A stretch of 64,000 bases of DNA from Mobula hypostoma (Eukaryota): contig NC_086108.1 of assembly GCF_963921235.1 (NCBI RefSeq), positions 52,330,001-52,394,000 on the forward strand, in the 5' to 3' direction. The notes beneath the pieces are model-generated. The model was not told the DNA's origin. It worked only from the letters and a program-made list of their open reading frames with translations, and ran no database searches. Each line of letters starts with the position of its first letter. Position 1 is the stretch's first letter. Of the stretch, positions 27,005 through 39,050 are shown one piece after another. A program made the position numbers and the translations under genes.

Positions 27005-27206
27005 ATGCTGCCGGTGGTGTCGTGGCACCCACACCAGACTTCAAGGCGAGTGGTTCCGGGTTTGAATCTAGCTGGCTCTTTGCATGCTTTCCATCTGTGC
27101 TGGGCTGAGCGTCAAGCTAGCAACTCAGCCTCATAAAAACCAGACAAATGCTAAGGAAATGGCAAAGTTGCCACCCAATGCACAAGGCGTGGAAAGGAAC
27201 AACAAG
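27005..27206 (+). mobile_element. tRNA-derived SINE with the same head and body as 23420 but a different tail
   Basis: Aligns with the 23420 copy to about gctaa(a/g)gaaa, then ends …cacaaggcgtggaaaggaacaacaa. Confidence 0.8.
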
Positions 27207-28314
27207 ACTCCTTGTGGTGGTTCAACATTTTCTGCATTCCGGTACAGGTTTAAAATTGAATTCCATTTTGAATTTATTAGTAGCTATTTGATGTGTATGG
27301 CCCTTGGTTTACAGCTCATCCATATGGCACCAAATCAAAATAGTGCTTTTATAAAGGTCATCAAGATTGCACTATATAAATTTATATTTCTTTATAGAAA
27401 GTAGGGAAAAAAAGTTAACAGGATTCTACCACACCCCTGAGAACACTCAAGTCTTAACTGAAGGCATTTACTCAATGCTATGGGCAATCATAAAATATCT
27501 CAATTAAGTATTTGTGAAATATCTAACGGAGAAAATAAACATATTTTGCATGTGGTAAGGACCCATAAACAACAATCAGTTTTACTGGTTATGGATAGGG
27601 TATAAATAAATATGCCAGTAGAATATTCTGCAAACAAAAAAACCATGGGGCCTTTTCTGTTTCCAGAAGAGGGCACATAGAAATAAAACATCATGGATAA
27701 TGATTGGCAGGCCAATGGCAACCAATGCAGTGGTCTGTCGAAAATTGCATTACACTCAATTTCTTCCAGAACCTCCTTCTAATGTGGCAATATACACAAA
27801 ATATTTTGAGGATTGGAATGATTTTGAGAGTAAATTGCACAGGAGAAGAGAGTGCTAGGGGTAGTTCTGAGAAAGCATAAATAAAGAGGGCAGAGGAGAG
27901 ATAGGCTGGTGACTAGCAGAATGGAGGGGGAGATCAGGAATGTCAGCTAATCGGGAGCCATGGGGATGGGGCAGTACAAAGAAGTGATTGCAAAGGATAT
28001 AAAAGCATGAGTAGGACTATCACAGATAAAATAAATGCCTTCGATTTTCCATTATCAACACAGGTAAAGCAGAGAAGTGACATATGCCTCACTCCTCCAT
28101 TTCCTGTGGTAATTTCATACATCTTGGAGATACAGTAGAATTTTGTGCAAGTGATGTCAAATGAACACAGTGCTCTATTCAGCACCCCTACAAGTATTAG
28201 TATTAGGATGTCAAGGGTGCTGAAGTGCCAAAATCAACGTAGGCCAGTCTCCTCTTCTGACATGCAAAACCGCCTTCCATGCTTACAGTGTGGAAAGGAT
28301 AATGGAATATTTAG

Positions 28315-28980
28315 AGTGTTACCATCAAGTTCTAGATAGAGTAGATGTGGAGTGGATGTTTCTTTAGCGGGCAAGTCTAGGACCACAGGGCACATCCTCA
28401 GAATAAAGGGATATCTCTTTAGTCAGGGCATCAAAGATTACAGGAAGAACGCAGGAGAATGGGCTCAGAGGAACAATAAATCAGCCATGGAATGATGGAA
28501 TGGTGGGGCAGACTCAAAGGGCCGAATTGCCTAATTCTGCTCCTATGTCCTCAAAGTTCAAAGTAAAATTTATTTTCAGAGTACATACATGTCACCACAT
28601 ACAGCCCTGAGATTCTTTTCCTGTGGGCATACTTAGCAAATCTAGAGAACAGTAACTGTAAACAGAATCTGTAAACTGTAAAAAAATGTGCAAATGATAA
28701 TAAATACAAAAATAACAAGTATGAAATAACAAGATGAAGAGTCCTAAAATGAGTATAGGCATTCCCTTTTCTTCAACAGCCTGGTAGTTAAGGGGTAGCA
28801 ATTGTTCTTGAACCTGGTGGTGCGAGTCCTGAGGCTCTTTTACCTTCTACCTGATGGCAGCAGTGAGAAAAGAGCGTGGCGTGGGTGATGAGGAACTTTG
28901 ATGATGAATGCTACTTTTCTTGGGCAATGTTTTATGTAGATGTGCTCAATGGTTGGGAGGATTTCACCCATGATGTACTA
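28315..28980. mobile_element. CR1 3' end (+, about 28315-28550) abutting a Rex1/Babar 3' end (-, about 28551-28980)
   Basis: CR1 tail gggccgaattgcctaattctgctcctatgtc; Rex tail caaagttcaaagtaaa and PSGRR motif on the minus strand. Confidence 0.75.
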
Positions 28981-29163
28981 TCTTTTATAGGATTTTATGG
29001 TCTTGTCAAGTTTGGGGGTCTTTAAAAAGTCACAAGCTGAATCTTGGTGATACACAGCAGTAAATTTAGAAACTATCCTGCCAGTAGAATAGTTAACAAA
29101 CAATTTGTTCTTAAATGGAGTAAATATTAAGCTAGAAACAAGCAGTATAAATTCACACTGCAC

Positions 29164-29331
29164 CTTTGAGCCTTGCGTATGAAAGATGTTGGGATCATCA
29201 GAGCTATCCACCATAATCTTATGACGTTCATTCTCCTTTGATGATTGAGAAATTCCCATGTTGTCAGCACGCTGAGACTTGTGGCCTCCATGGCGATCTG
29301 CTCCCATGCGATCACTACTGGTGTTCCCCAT
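29164..29331 (-). CDS. PRKAB2: AMPK beta-2 first coding exon (MGNTSSDRMGADRHGGHKSQ...KIMVDSSDDPNIFHTQGSK), with N-myristoylation motif
   Basis: ATG at 29331 in strong context (gcaATGg); 168 nt = 56 codons to the gtgcag donor at 29163. Probable acceptor tag at 29362-29360 gives 28 nt of 5'UTR. Confidence 0.93.
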
Positions 29332-29508
29332 TGCATTAATAGTCCTGATGCTATTGCTCCTATATTAGAGTAACAATTCCACAAGCAGGTTGCTGTATGG
29401 ATAAAACAAATTTTAAAAATAGCTGTTTGTTAAAAGGATAACAATCCACTCTTGCCCATGAACAACACTAAACACCCAAACTATAGAAAAAGACACGTGT
29501 AACTAGCG

Positions 29509-29588
29509 CAGGGGTTTCCAAACGGGGGTCCATGGACCCTTCAATTAATGATAAGGGTCCATGGCATAAAGAAGGTTGGGAACCCCTG
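29509..29588. mobile_element. 80-bp hAT (Charlie-type) MITE
   Basis: TIRs caggggtttcc / gggaacccctg; 8-bp TSD aactagcg/atctagca resembling NTCTAGAN. Confidence 0.75.
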
Positions 29589-30018
29589 ATCTAGCAAATG
29601 TAGTACTTAACATTATGATGCAGACTTTATCTCTTGTATTATATTTACAATTTGGGTTTTAGAATGTTAGAAAGACTTTACAATGTACAAATAGCTGGAG
29701 GAGAATAATTTGTGCAAGTATTTAGGCTTCTCTGATGATGATTTAGTGTTCAAATGTACTGTTTAGTGGAATTGAATTGTTCAAAATTTTGTAGTGTTTT
29801 TCTACAAGATTAGTTATCTGCTGATAGGCCAACAGGCCATGATACTTCATGATATGTTACACAACAATACTGAATGAGACATTCACAATTTTCCTTTCAG
29901 TTTAGCACATTTGTAAAGGAAATGAATGTATGTAACAGTAAATAAATGAAAAATAACCATTCTAAATGGTGCCTGGCATGAGTACTTGGGTCTAAACTGA
30001 TTAGGCAAATATTAAATA

Positions 30019-30665
30019 CAGTGGATTCCAGTTAATTGGGACATCAGTTAATCGAAGCAGCCACTTATTTGGGACAACTCTTAAAGAACAAAAACTACTC
30101 AAGAAAATAGCCGGGATTCCCTTTGTTTATTTGGGACACTGTGCCATTTAATTGGGACAGGTGACTATTGCCAAACAGTTCTTAACTAGCATCAGTCATG
30201 TGAACTTGTGTGTCCGTTTGACACAACACCATGCTTAGAATGAAGTTTCTTTAATAGTATCAGCTGGTGTGTTTGTGTTCAAAAAGCAGTTATTTTTCTC
30301 ACTAATAATTGGTGCGAAATAAGCAGCAAGGCAATTTAGAACTGTTTTGCTCACTGCGGTTTCAAACTTTCAAGCTTGGAGATGCCAGGAATGACCTGGA
30401 GTGAAAATAAAATGGTTTTACTCCTTCAACAAGTTATGAATTATTAAAACTTTGAAGGTATCAACAATAATCTTGAATGTTACAATGAAAATGAAGATTT
30501 GGAGGATGCAATCATCAAAGGCAGTCAATTTTTTCTGCTGATTTTGTTCATTTACAGAAATTAAAAAACAGCAGTGTACACTGGATGAATGCCTCCATCG
30601 ATAACTATTAGGAATTAATACATAGTACTGTAATAACATTAATGTTCTAATTTGTTCTGTATTTA
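30019..30665 (+). mobile_element. Tigger/pogo-derived non-autonomous fragment
   Basis: TA|cagtggattccagttaattgggaca start with internal ttgggaca repeats; right end not resolved. Confidence 0.55.
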
Positions 30666-31203
30666 CAACCTGATAAAAAGATTTTAAGTTCAGAGTTCAA
30701 TTGCACTATATATTTGCAAAATAACTCATTGCTCACGAAGCTTAAATACTTGGACATATTTTTTTCCTGTGACCCTCTAACCATAGGCTCATAATGAGTT
30801 AGCTAGTACTGTGAATGCAAATTAACAGTAACATAACTCTACAATGCATGAGAATAACAATGAAAAGACCATTTCCAATAAATAAACACATCTAGAGTAA
30901 CTATGATTCTGATGAACATAAAACAAATGTTTGAATTTTCCTTTAAGGGAAAGTAGGACTGTTACTTGTATAAATACTAACACACCCATATAAATTTACT
31001 GTTCGCCTGAAAGCTATAACTTAACTCATACCAGTATAAGTTTAGATTAAAGTTGTATTGACAAAATATTTTAAACCATAACAAACACAATAAAGAAAAG
31101 AGCCCACTACACATATACTAATTAGCCTATAGTGTGCACATAACTGTTGGAGCTCATTTTTGTGTAATCAATCTGGTTTGCTTCACTTAATTTACTCACG
31201 GTA

Positions 31204-32739
31204 CAGGTGTCCCCCACTTTTCCAACGTTCGCTTTACAAAACCTCACTGTTACGAAAGACCTACATTAGTACCCTGTTTTCGCTTTCAGAAGGTGTTTTC
31301 ACTGTTACGAAAAAAAGCTGGCGAAAAAATCAGCACACGCCCTGAGCAGCCGCTCTCCCCGGATTCGGAATGGCATTCTAGCCAGCATTGCTTAAACACA
31401 TGCCTGTGAGCAGCCATTTGCAAGATAAGTTCTAAGGTATCAGAAAGGCCTGAAAGAGCTCGTAAGGGTGTTACACTTAGTGTAAAACTAGACATAATTA
31501 AGCATTTCGATCATGGTGAACAAAGTAAGGACTAAGTGAGTTTGGCTTGTGGAAGCTGATGAAGATGATGTTGAAGAGGTTTTGGCATCACATGACCAAG
31601 AACTGATAGATGAAGAGCTGATGCAATTGGAAGAGGAAAGGATAACAATCGAAACCAAATGCAGTAGCGAACTGAAAGTGAAGGAACTGCGTGAGATCTT
31701 CACTGCAATAATAAAGTACAACTTTAACTTTGAAAACGTATGTCGGTTTAAGGGATATTTGCAAGATGGTTTGAGTGCTTACAAAGAACTGTATGATAGA
31801 AAAATGCGCGAGGCTCAGCAGTCAAGCAAGCCTTCCACATCAGCCACAGCAGACGACGAACCTCGACCTTCGACATTGAGGCAGGCAAACATAGGAGAAG
31901 ATGAGCTGCCTGCCCTAATGGAAACAGACGATGAGATGACACCCCAGTGTCCCACCACCCCAACACCCAGGCCGCGGACAGATACCGATTCGTGCAGAAC
32001 GCAGCAGTAGCCGGGAGACACACAGCACATCTTTAAGGAAAAAAGCCAAAATAAACATGCTAATTAATTATGTGCCAGGCAGCACCTAATTAATTAGCAT
32101 GTTTATTTCGGCTTTTTTTTTAAAGATGTGCTGTGTGCCTCCCGGCTACCGCTGGACCCCTGCGTGCTTCGCGGCAATATATCGGTCGGCGGCCTGGAGG
32201 GTGGGGGCCACTGCACCACCCCAACCTGCGACAACTCAGCCTAACACACCATCAGTGTGCTCGGCGCTGTTTTCCCAATTCCGGTAAGTGATACTACACT
32301 GTACATACATTATTTCTACTTTATATAGGCTGTGTATTTTTACCTGTTATTTGGTATGATTTGGCATGATTTGGCAGCTTCATAGCTTAATGGTTACGGG
32401 AGAGAGTGTATTTGCCAACAGCGCTTGCGTGAGATTTTCTGCCTACGGCGCTTGTGCGAGATTTTCGCCACAGAGAACAGTGTAGCAATGATTGTGGAAA
32501 AGTATTTCTACTTTATATAGGCTGTGTATTTATCACGTCATTCCTGCTTTTATATATGTTACTGTTACTTTATGTTTTATGTGTTATTTGGCATGATTTG
32601 GTCGGTTATTTTTGGGTCTGCGAACGCTCACAAAATTTTCCCATATAAATAAATGGTAATTGCTTCTTCGCTTTACGACATTCCGGCTTACGAACCGTTT
32701 CATAGGAATGCTCTACCTTCGGATGGCGGGGGAAACCTG
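31204..32739 (+). mobile_element. Tigger-like non-autonomous DNA transposon, copy 1
   Basis: TA TSD, TIRs caggtgtccccc / gggggaaacctg; psq-HTH remnant (RKGVTLSVKLDIIKHFDHGE) and acidic C-terminal remnant ORF 31549-32010; no DDE domain. Confidence 0.9.
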
Positions 32740-33597
32740 TACCGAGCAATTCTGTCTGAAAACACAGTCCAAGTGAATCATAAATAAATTTCCACATAAC
32801 ATCTAAGGACAAAGTGTCGAACTGTCTCCAAGGTCGTGTGAAAACTAGCTATCTAAAACTTATCTGCACAATAACTGCAAGACCATGACCTTGATGAGAA
32901 TTTTCCGACACCAGTATCTGTCCTTCCAAATCAACTCATGTTCTTCTGCTATGTTTGTTGTCTGTTTCTATTTTCCTTCTTTCTTCTTCTTCCTCCAAAA
33001 CTCCTGCACTCTCTCCAGAAAATGGTTATTCTTGATACCTCTAGAGTGTTGTGGGGCATCTTATTTGCAAGACAATTCCAATTGGCTAATTCAACAAGCC
33101 AAATTTATCAATCAACTGAATTACTTGACCATATAACGTAATTAAAGGAACACAATGCATTTTGAGAAAATCTGCGGAAAAATACCCTACAGCATAACTG
33201 CATTAATAAAATGAAGCATGGTCTTAAACCAGGGTATTACATTCCTCTGATGCCTGAAAATTGAAAAACATTTCTAACAATTAAAACTGTAAAAGATTGA
33301 CTAATAGAGGTTCAGATTTTCTTAAAAACAATAGCTGAAAGATTCATCTCCGTGGAATTACCAATAGTTAATAGTCATGCAACAGGAAATAATCAAGACT
33401 TCCTTCCTGTTGCAATTGAACCAGCAGTCTAAACTTGACTTTTCAGCAAACTGATATAGAAGATAACACAAAACAGAAGCAGGAATAATATACATAGCCG
33501 GCCTGACATTATACCTGGCAAGGTACTGAGAACCTGTGCCTACTAACTGGTTGGATTTTTCAATATCTTCAACCTATCACTGCTGCATTCTGAGGTT

Positions 33598-34660
33598 CAT
33601 GAATAAAATTGACTGAACAGAACAGAATGAATAGGATGACTGGCAGGAGGCAAGAGCGGAAATAAAAGGGGGTTTTCTGGTTGACTGCTGGTGACTAGTG
33701 GTGTCCCGCAAGGGTCTTTGTTGGGACCACTTGTTTTCACGTCATATATCAATGGTTTCAATGATGGCTTTGTGCCCAAGTTTACGGATAATCCAAAGAT
33801 AGGTGGAGATAGTGCTGAGGAAGCAGGGAGTTCGCAGAAGGACTCAAAGATTAGGAGAATGGGCAAAGAAGTGGCAGATGGAATACAGTGTAGAGAAGTG
33901 TATGGTCATGCACTTTGGTAGAAGAAATAAAGGCATAGACTATTTTCAAAAAGGGCAGCAAATTCAGAAAACAGAGATGCAAAGGGTCTTGGGTGTCCTT
34001 GTGCAGGATTCCCTAAAGGTTAACTTGCAGAGTGAGTCGGTGGTAAGGAAGGCAAATGCAATATAAGCATTCATTTTGAAAGGACGAGAATATAAAAGCA
34101 AGAATGTAATGCTGAGGCTTTGTAAGGCATTGGGCAGACCACACGGAGTACTGTGAACAGTTTCAGCCCCTTTTCTAAGAAAGGATATGCTGGCATTGGA
34201 GAGGGTCCAAGGTGAAGATATGAAAAGCGTTTGATGGCTCTGACCCTGTGCTCCATGGAGTTTAGAAAAAGGAGGGGCACCCCATAGAAATCTATTGAAT
34301 ATTGAAAAGTCTAGATATAGTGGACGCGGAAGTGATGTTCCCTTTCGTGGCAGAGTCTAGGAACAGAGGGCACAGCCTCAGTATACAAGGATATCCCTTT
34401 AAAACAGAGTTAAGGAGGAATTTCTTTAGCCAAAGGGTGATGAATCTGTGTAATCTATTGCAATATACAGCAGTGGAGGCCAAGTATTTGGGTATATTTA
34501 AAGCAGAGGTTGATAGGTTCTTGATTAGTAAGGGCGTCAAGGGTTACAGGGAGGAGGGAGGAGAATAGGGTTGAGAGTGATAATAAATTAGCCATAATAG
34601 AATAGTGACGCAGACCCAACAGACCAGATGGCCTAATTGTGCTCCTATGTCTTATGGTCT
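33598..34660 (+). mobile_element. CR1 LINE 3' fragment
   Basis: [42 protein letters not shown]; tail cctatgtcttatggtctt. Confidence 0.9.
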
Positions 34661-34662
34661 TA

Positions 34663-35960
34663 CAAAATTTGTTGTTTTGTAGCGGCAGTGCAGTGCAATA
34701 CAATACATTAAAAAGTGCAAGAGAGCAAAATACTCATGTTCATAGGTTCATGGACTATTCAGAAATCTGATGATGAAGAAGCTGCTCCTAAAACATTGAG
34801 TGTGTGTCTTCAGACTCCTGTATCTCCTCCCTGATAGTACTAATAAGAAGGGGGCATGTCCTGAGTGGGAGGGGGTTCTTAAAACCTCTTTGAGGCATCA
34901 CCTTTTAAAGATGTTCTTGATGGTGGGGAGGCTAGTACTCATGATAGAGCTAGCTGAATTTACAGCTCTCTGCAGCTCTTTCTGAACTTATGCATTAGTG
35001 CCTCACTACCAGACTCTGATTGAAACCTGTTAGAATTGTTACGAGAATACACATAAAATTAAGATGTTTGCTGGCCTGGGCTAGCATCAGTGGCATCAGC
35101 AGTTGGTCTGCCACCTGCCCTCAGGGGAAGGAGAGATAAGGAACAATGGAGCAGCGTCTGGAGATGTGTAATGAAGGGACGTGGGAGAGAGAGAGCTGTC
35201 TGGAGCAGCTCCCCCCTTTGAACCCTGAACTGTTTGAAGTGATGGACAGGCGATGCCCCAGCAGGGGGATAAAAAGGGACAGGTTCGCTAAGACAGGGAC
35301 ACACACGCCACCCGAGGTAACGAGACCCTGGAAGCGGTGCGCCTCTCACGAGTGGGTGAGAAGTACCAGATAACGACAAGGGTGGAAAGGTACGATCAGC
35401 GGGAACCCGGTGTGTGTCCGCCCTTGCCTGGGTGCCGGGTTCACTGCAGAGGATCGACCGCATCTGGAGGAGGGGTCACAGTCGGTGACCTCAGGTGACA
35501 TCACCAAGGACCCGCCCAAAAATTGCTTGTGAGCAATATCGCTGGTCTGTGAGTGAAGCAGTGTTCTGAATGATCAGTTGTTCCTGTTCTCTCTGTCTCT
35601 CTTCCCGCACGTTGTCCATCGCCATGGCAACGATTACTGCGAACTGAACTGGACTGAACTTTGAGTCATTTTGAAATTTGGTCATTCACCCCTAGACGAC
35701 GATAGAGCTTGATTGATGCTGTTATCTTAATTCTGTGCACATGTGTGTTTATCATCGCTGAACTGTTGCATTTATTATCCTTTCGATTACTGTGTTGCTT
35801 GTTTCTTTAATAAAACTTTCTTAGTTCTAGTACTCCAGACTCCAACTGAGTGATCCATTTCTGCTGGTTTGGCAACCCAGTTACGGGGTACGTAACAGAA
35901 TGCTCTCCACGGTACATCTGCAGTAATTTGCTTGAGTCTTTGGTGACATACCAAATCTCC
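34663..35960 (-). mobile_element. Rex1/Babar 3' fragment interrupted by a solo LTR
   Basis: Reverse-complement similarity to other Rex 3' ends; continuous across the LTR TSD (gaat). Confidence 0.75.
35037..35897 (+). mobile_element. Solo LTR (Gypsy/ERV-type), 861 bp
   Basis: TGTTACG…CGTAACA ends, perfect 4-bp TSD gaat, AATAAA near 35809; highly similar to 48826-49671. Confidence 0.92.
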
Positions 35961-37643
35961 CACCTCCTTCAAAAAGGACAACAATTGTACTGATGTCCAA
36001 GGAGAATAGAGTGAGCTTCCTCAATACTAACCAGCAGCACTCATATCAACCATAATGAAGTGCTTTGAGAGGTTATGGATAGAATTAACTCGCCTGAGAA
36101 AGGACCTACATCTGCTCCAATTCGCCTACTACACATTAGGTCTACAGTAGATGCAATCTCATTTGCTCTCCATTGGAGAACCTGGACTACAGCAAAACAT
36201 ATGTCAGGCTGCTGTTTATCAATTACAGCTCAGCATTCAACACCATCATCCCCTCAGTACTAATCAACAAATTTCAAATCCTGGCCTTTTTATCTCGCTC
36301 TACTTAACTTCCTTATCAGGAGATCACAGTCAGTGTGGATCATAAATAACATCTCCTCCTCACTGACGATCAACACAGGTGTACTTCAAAGATGCATGCT
36401 TAGCCAACTGCTCTATTCTCTTAATACTCATGACTGTGTGGCTAATCACAGTTTAAATACCATTTATAAATTCATAGATGATATCTTATTTGTTGTTAAA
36501 ATCTCAAATGGCAACAGGAGGCATACAGGAGTGAGACAGGCCAACTGATTGGGTAGTGTCTCAACAACAACCTTGCACTCAATGTCAGCAAGACCAAGGA
36601 ACTGATTGTGGGCTCCAGGAAGGGAAAGCCAAGAGAACACATACCAGTCCTCACTGAAGTTCAGTGGTGGAAAGTGTCAGCAGCTTCAAGTTCCTGGGCA
36701 TCAATAGCTCAAAGATGATCTATCCTAGGTTTAACACATTGATCCAATCATGAAGAAGGCATACCAGTAGCTATACTTCATTAGGAATTTGAGAAGATTT
36801 GGTATGTCACCAAAGCCCCATGCAAATTTCTGCAGATATATGGTGGAGAGCATGCTGACGAGTTGCATCAAAGCTGGTATGGAGGCTTCACTGCACAGAA
36901 TCACAAGAGACTATAGAGTGTTGTGGACTCAGTCAGTTCCATCCTGAGCACAACCCTCACCACTATCAAGGTCATCTTCAAGGGGTGGTGCTTCAGGAAT
37001 GCTGCATCCTCCAGTAAAAACTTCCACTCTTGGGACATGCCCTTTTCTCATTACTACCATCAGGGAAGAGGTACAGGAGCCTGAATAAATCAGGAACAGC
37101 TCCATCATCAGATTTCTGAACGGTCCGTGAACCAATAAACACTACTTCATTATTTCTTTTGTTTCTCACTATTTATTTTGTAGTTCATAGTATTTTTATA
37201 TCTTTGCACAGTACTGCTACTGCAAAACAACAAATTTTACTTCATAAAAGACAGTGAAAATAAACCTGATTCTGAAAAATGTCACAGCAGAATCATAAGG
37301 ATTGCTTCAACGTAAATAATATTTGCCATGGAAGTTAAGGATGACTATCCAGATGCTGTTTACAAAACAAGTAAATTTGAAGTGTAAAAGAACAAATGGA
37401 CCCACCAAAAGAAGATTGGCACACGTCTGTAACAGAGGCGACAAATATGCTACAACTAATACTACACAAACTTCACATGCCTGATAATGAGGTGATAATT
37501 GAGAAAGGCATCTATATCAAAGAAAAAAGGCATATGTCCAGATATAGAGAAAAGTCCATTACCCAAGTATTTGCTAAATGACACAAGGGGGTGCACAGCT
37601 ATAGATCCTGGTTTTCTCATTATTGAAGGAGGAATGTAACATA

Positions 37644-38148
37644 CACTCAGTAGCCACTTTACTAAGTACACCTGTTCATTAATGCAAATATCTAATCAGC
37701 CAATCGTGTGGCAGCAACTCAATGCATAAAAGTATGCAGGCATGGCCAAGAGGTTCAGTTGTTCAGACCAAACATCAGAATGGGAAAGAAAAGTAACCTA
37801 AGTGACTTTGACCGTGGAATGATTGTTGGTGCCAGACAAGGTTGTTTGATCCCTGGGATTTTCATGCACAACAGTTTCTAGAATTTACAGAGAATGGTGC
37901 GAAAAACAAAGAAAAAACATCCAGTGAGTGGCAGTTCGATGGGTGAAAGCACCTCGTTAATGAGAGAGGTTAGAAGAGAATGGCCAGATTTGTTCAAGAT
38001 GACAAGAAGGTGACAACAACTTAAATAATCATGTGTTACAACAATGTTGTGCAGTGAGCACCACAGAATGTACAACACAACAAATTTTCAGGTGGATGGT
38101 CTACAGCAGCAGAAGACCATACTGGGTCCCACTCCTGCACTCAGCGTA
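37644..38148 (+). mobile_element. Tc1-derived non-autonomous fragment
   Basis: TA|cactcagtagccactttactaagtacacc terminus and transposase N-terminus MGKKSNLSDFDRGMIVGAR. Confidence 0.75.
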
Positions 38149-39050
38149 CTGAATGTAATATTAGTTGATTCAGCTAATGTTGGGAAATGCAGCATGCCAC
38201 CAACTGTTTCACTTAAAGAGGCTATTTCTATAAATAAAGCTACTATCTATACAAGAAATGTGGTTTTTCATAATATGACTTATTTAATATACAGATTGAG
38301 CATCCCTTATCCAAAATGTTTGGGGCCAGAAGTATTTTGGATTTTTTCGGATTTTGGAATATTTGCATCTTTATGATATCTTAGGGATGGGACCCAAGTC
38401 TAAACACAAATTCCATTTACATTACATACACAGCTTCTGCATATACCCTGACAGTAGTTTTATATAATATTTTTAATAACTTTGATCATGAAACAATAAT
38501 GAGTACATTGAACCAAAGGTAAGCTATCACTACATCGGCCACCCAGGTGAACAGTCAGTGGCTGTTTAGCAGTGCCATCATTCTTGACTCTGAACTGATA
38601 TGCTACCGGTTAGCAGTCTGTCTTACATTTGTTCATCACACATATGTACTAATACAGGTGTTCAGCATATTAAATTTTCTTCAGCAACATTCTTGGCAAA
38701 CTCATTAATGAATTTCTCTGCTGCTTCAATGATCAGTAGGTGTTTCATCCCCACAAATCTTTGAAAACCTAAAGCCCTGCCTTTTCTTAAATTTCTGCAA
38801 CCAGCCAGCTGAAAATTCACAATCACCTTCAATTTTCAGTTCATTGTGATAGATCTTTGCTTGTTTCATGATCAACATGCTGTTATAAGTGGCACTGACA
38901 CTGACAAATCCACTCTTTCAATACATATTTGAGATCTTCATTTTTTTGCTTTATGCAGTGTTTTTCTGTTTTTCATTAACTTTTGTTCATTACATATGTG
39001 AGGTCACATCTCAGAACTGTCTGTAGTGTGCAAGACCTGTGCAGCTTCTG

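Larger units (their letters stand above)
33520..37275 (+). mobile_element. Rex1/Babar LINE split between about 33597 and 35960 by nested insertions
   Basis: …ctgaggttc | ccacctccttcaaaaagg… rejoins into contiguous Rex sequence; RT remnants and tail to about 37275. Confidence 0.8.

Noticed and set aside
28978..29163. ORF extension beyond the PRKAB2 first coding exon
   Set aside because: Similarity ends at the GT donor at 29163; the rest is intron read-through.
35059..35463. About 134-aa ORFs shared by both solo LTRs
   Set aside because: Shared because the LTRs are recent copies; no known domain recognised.
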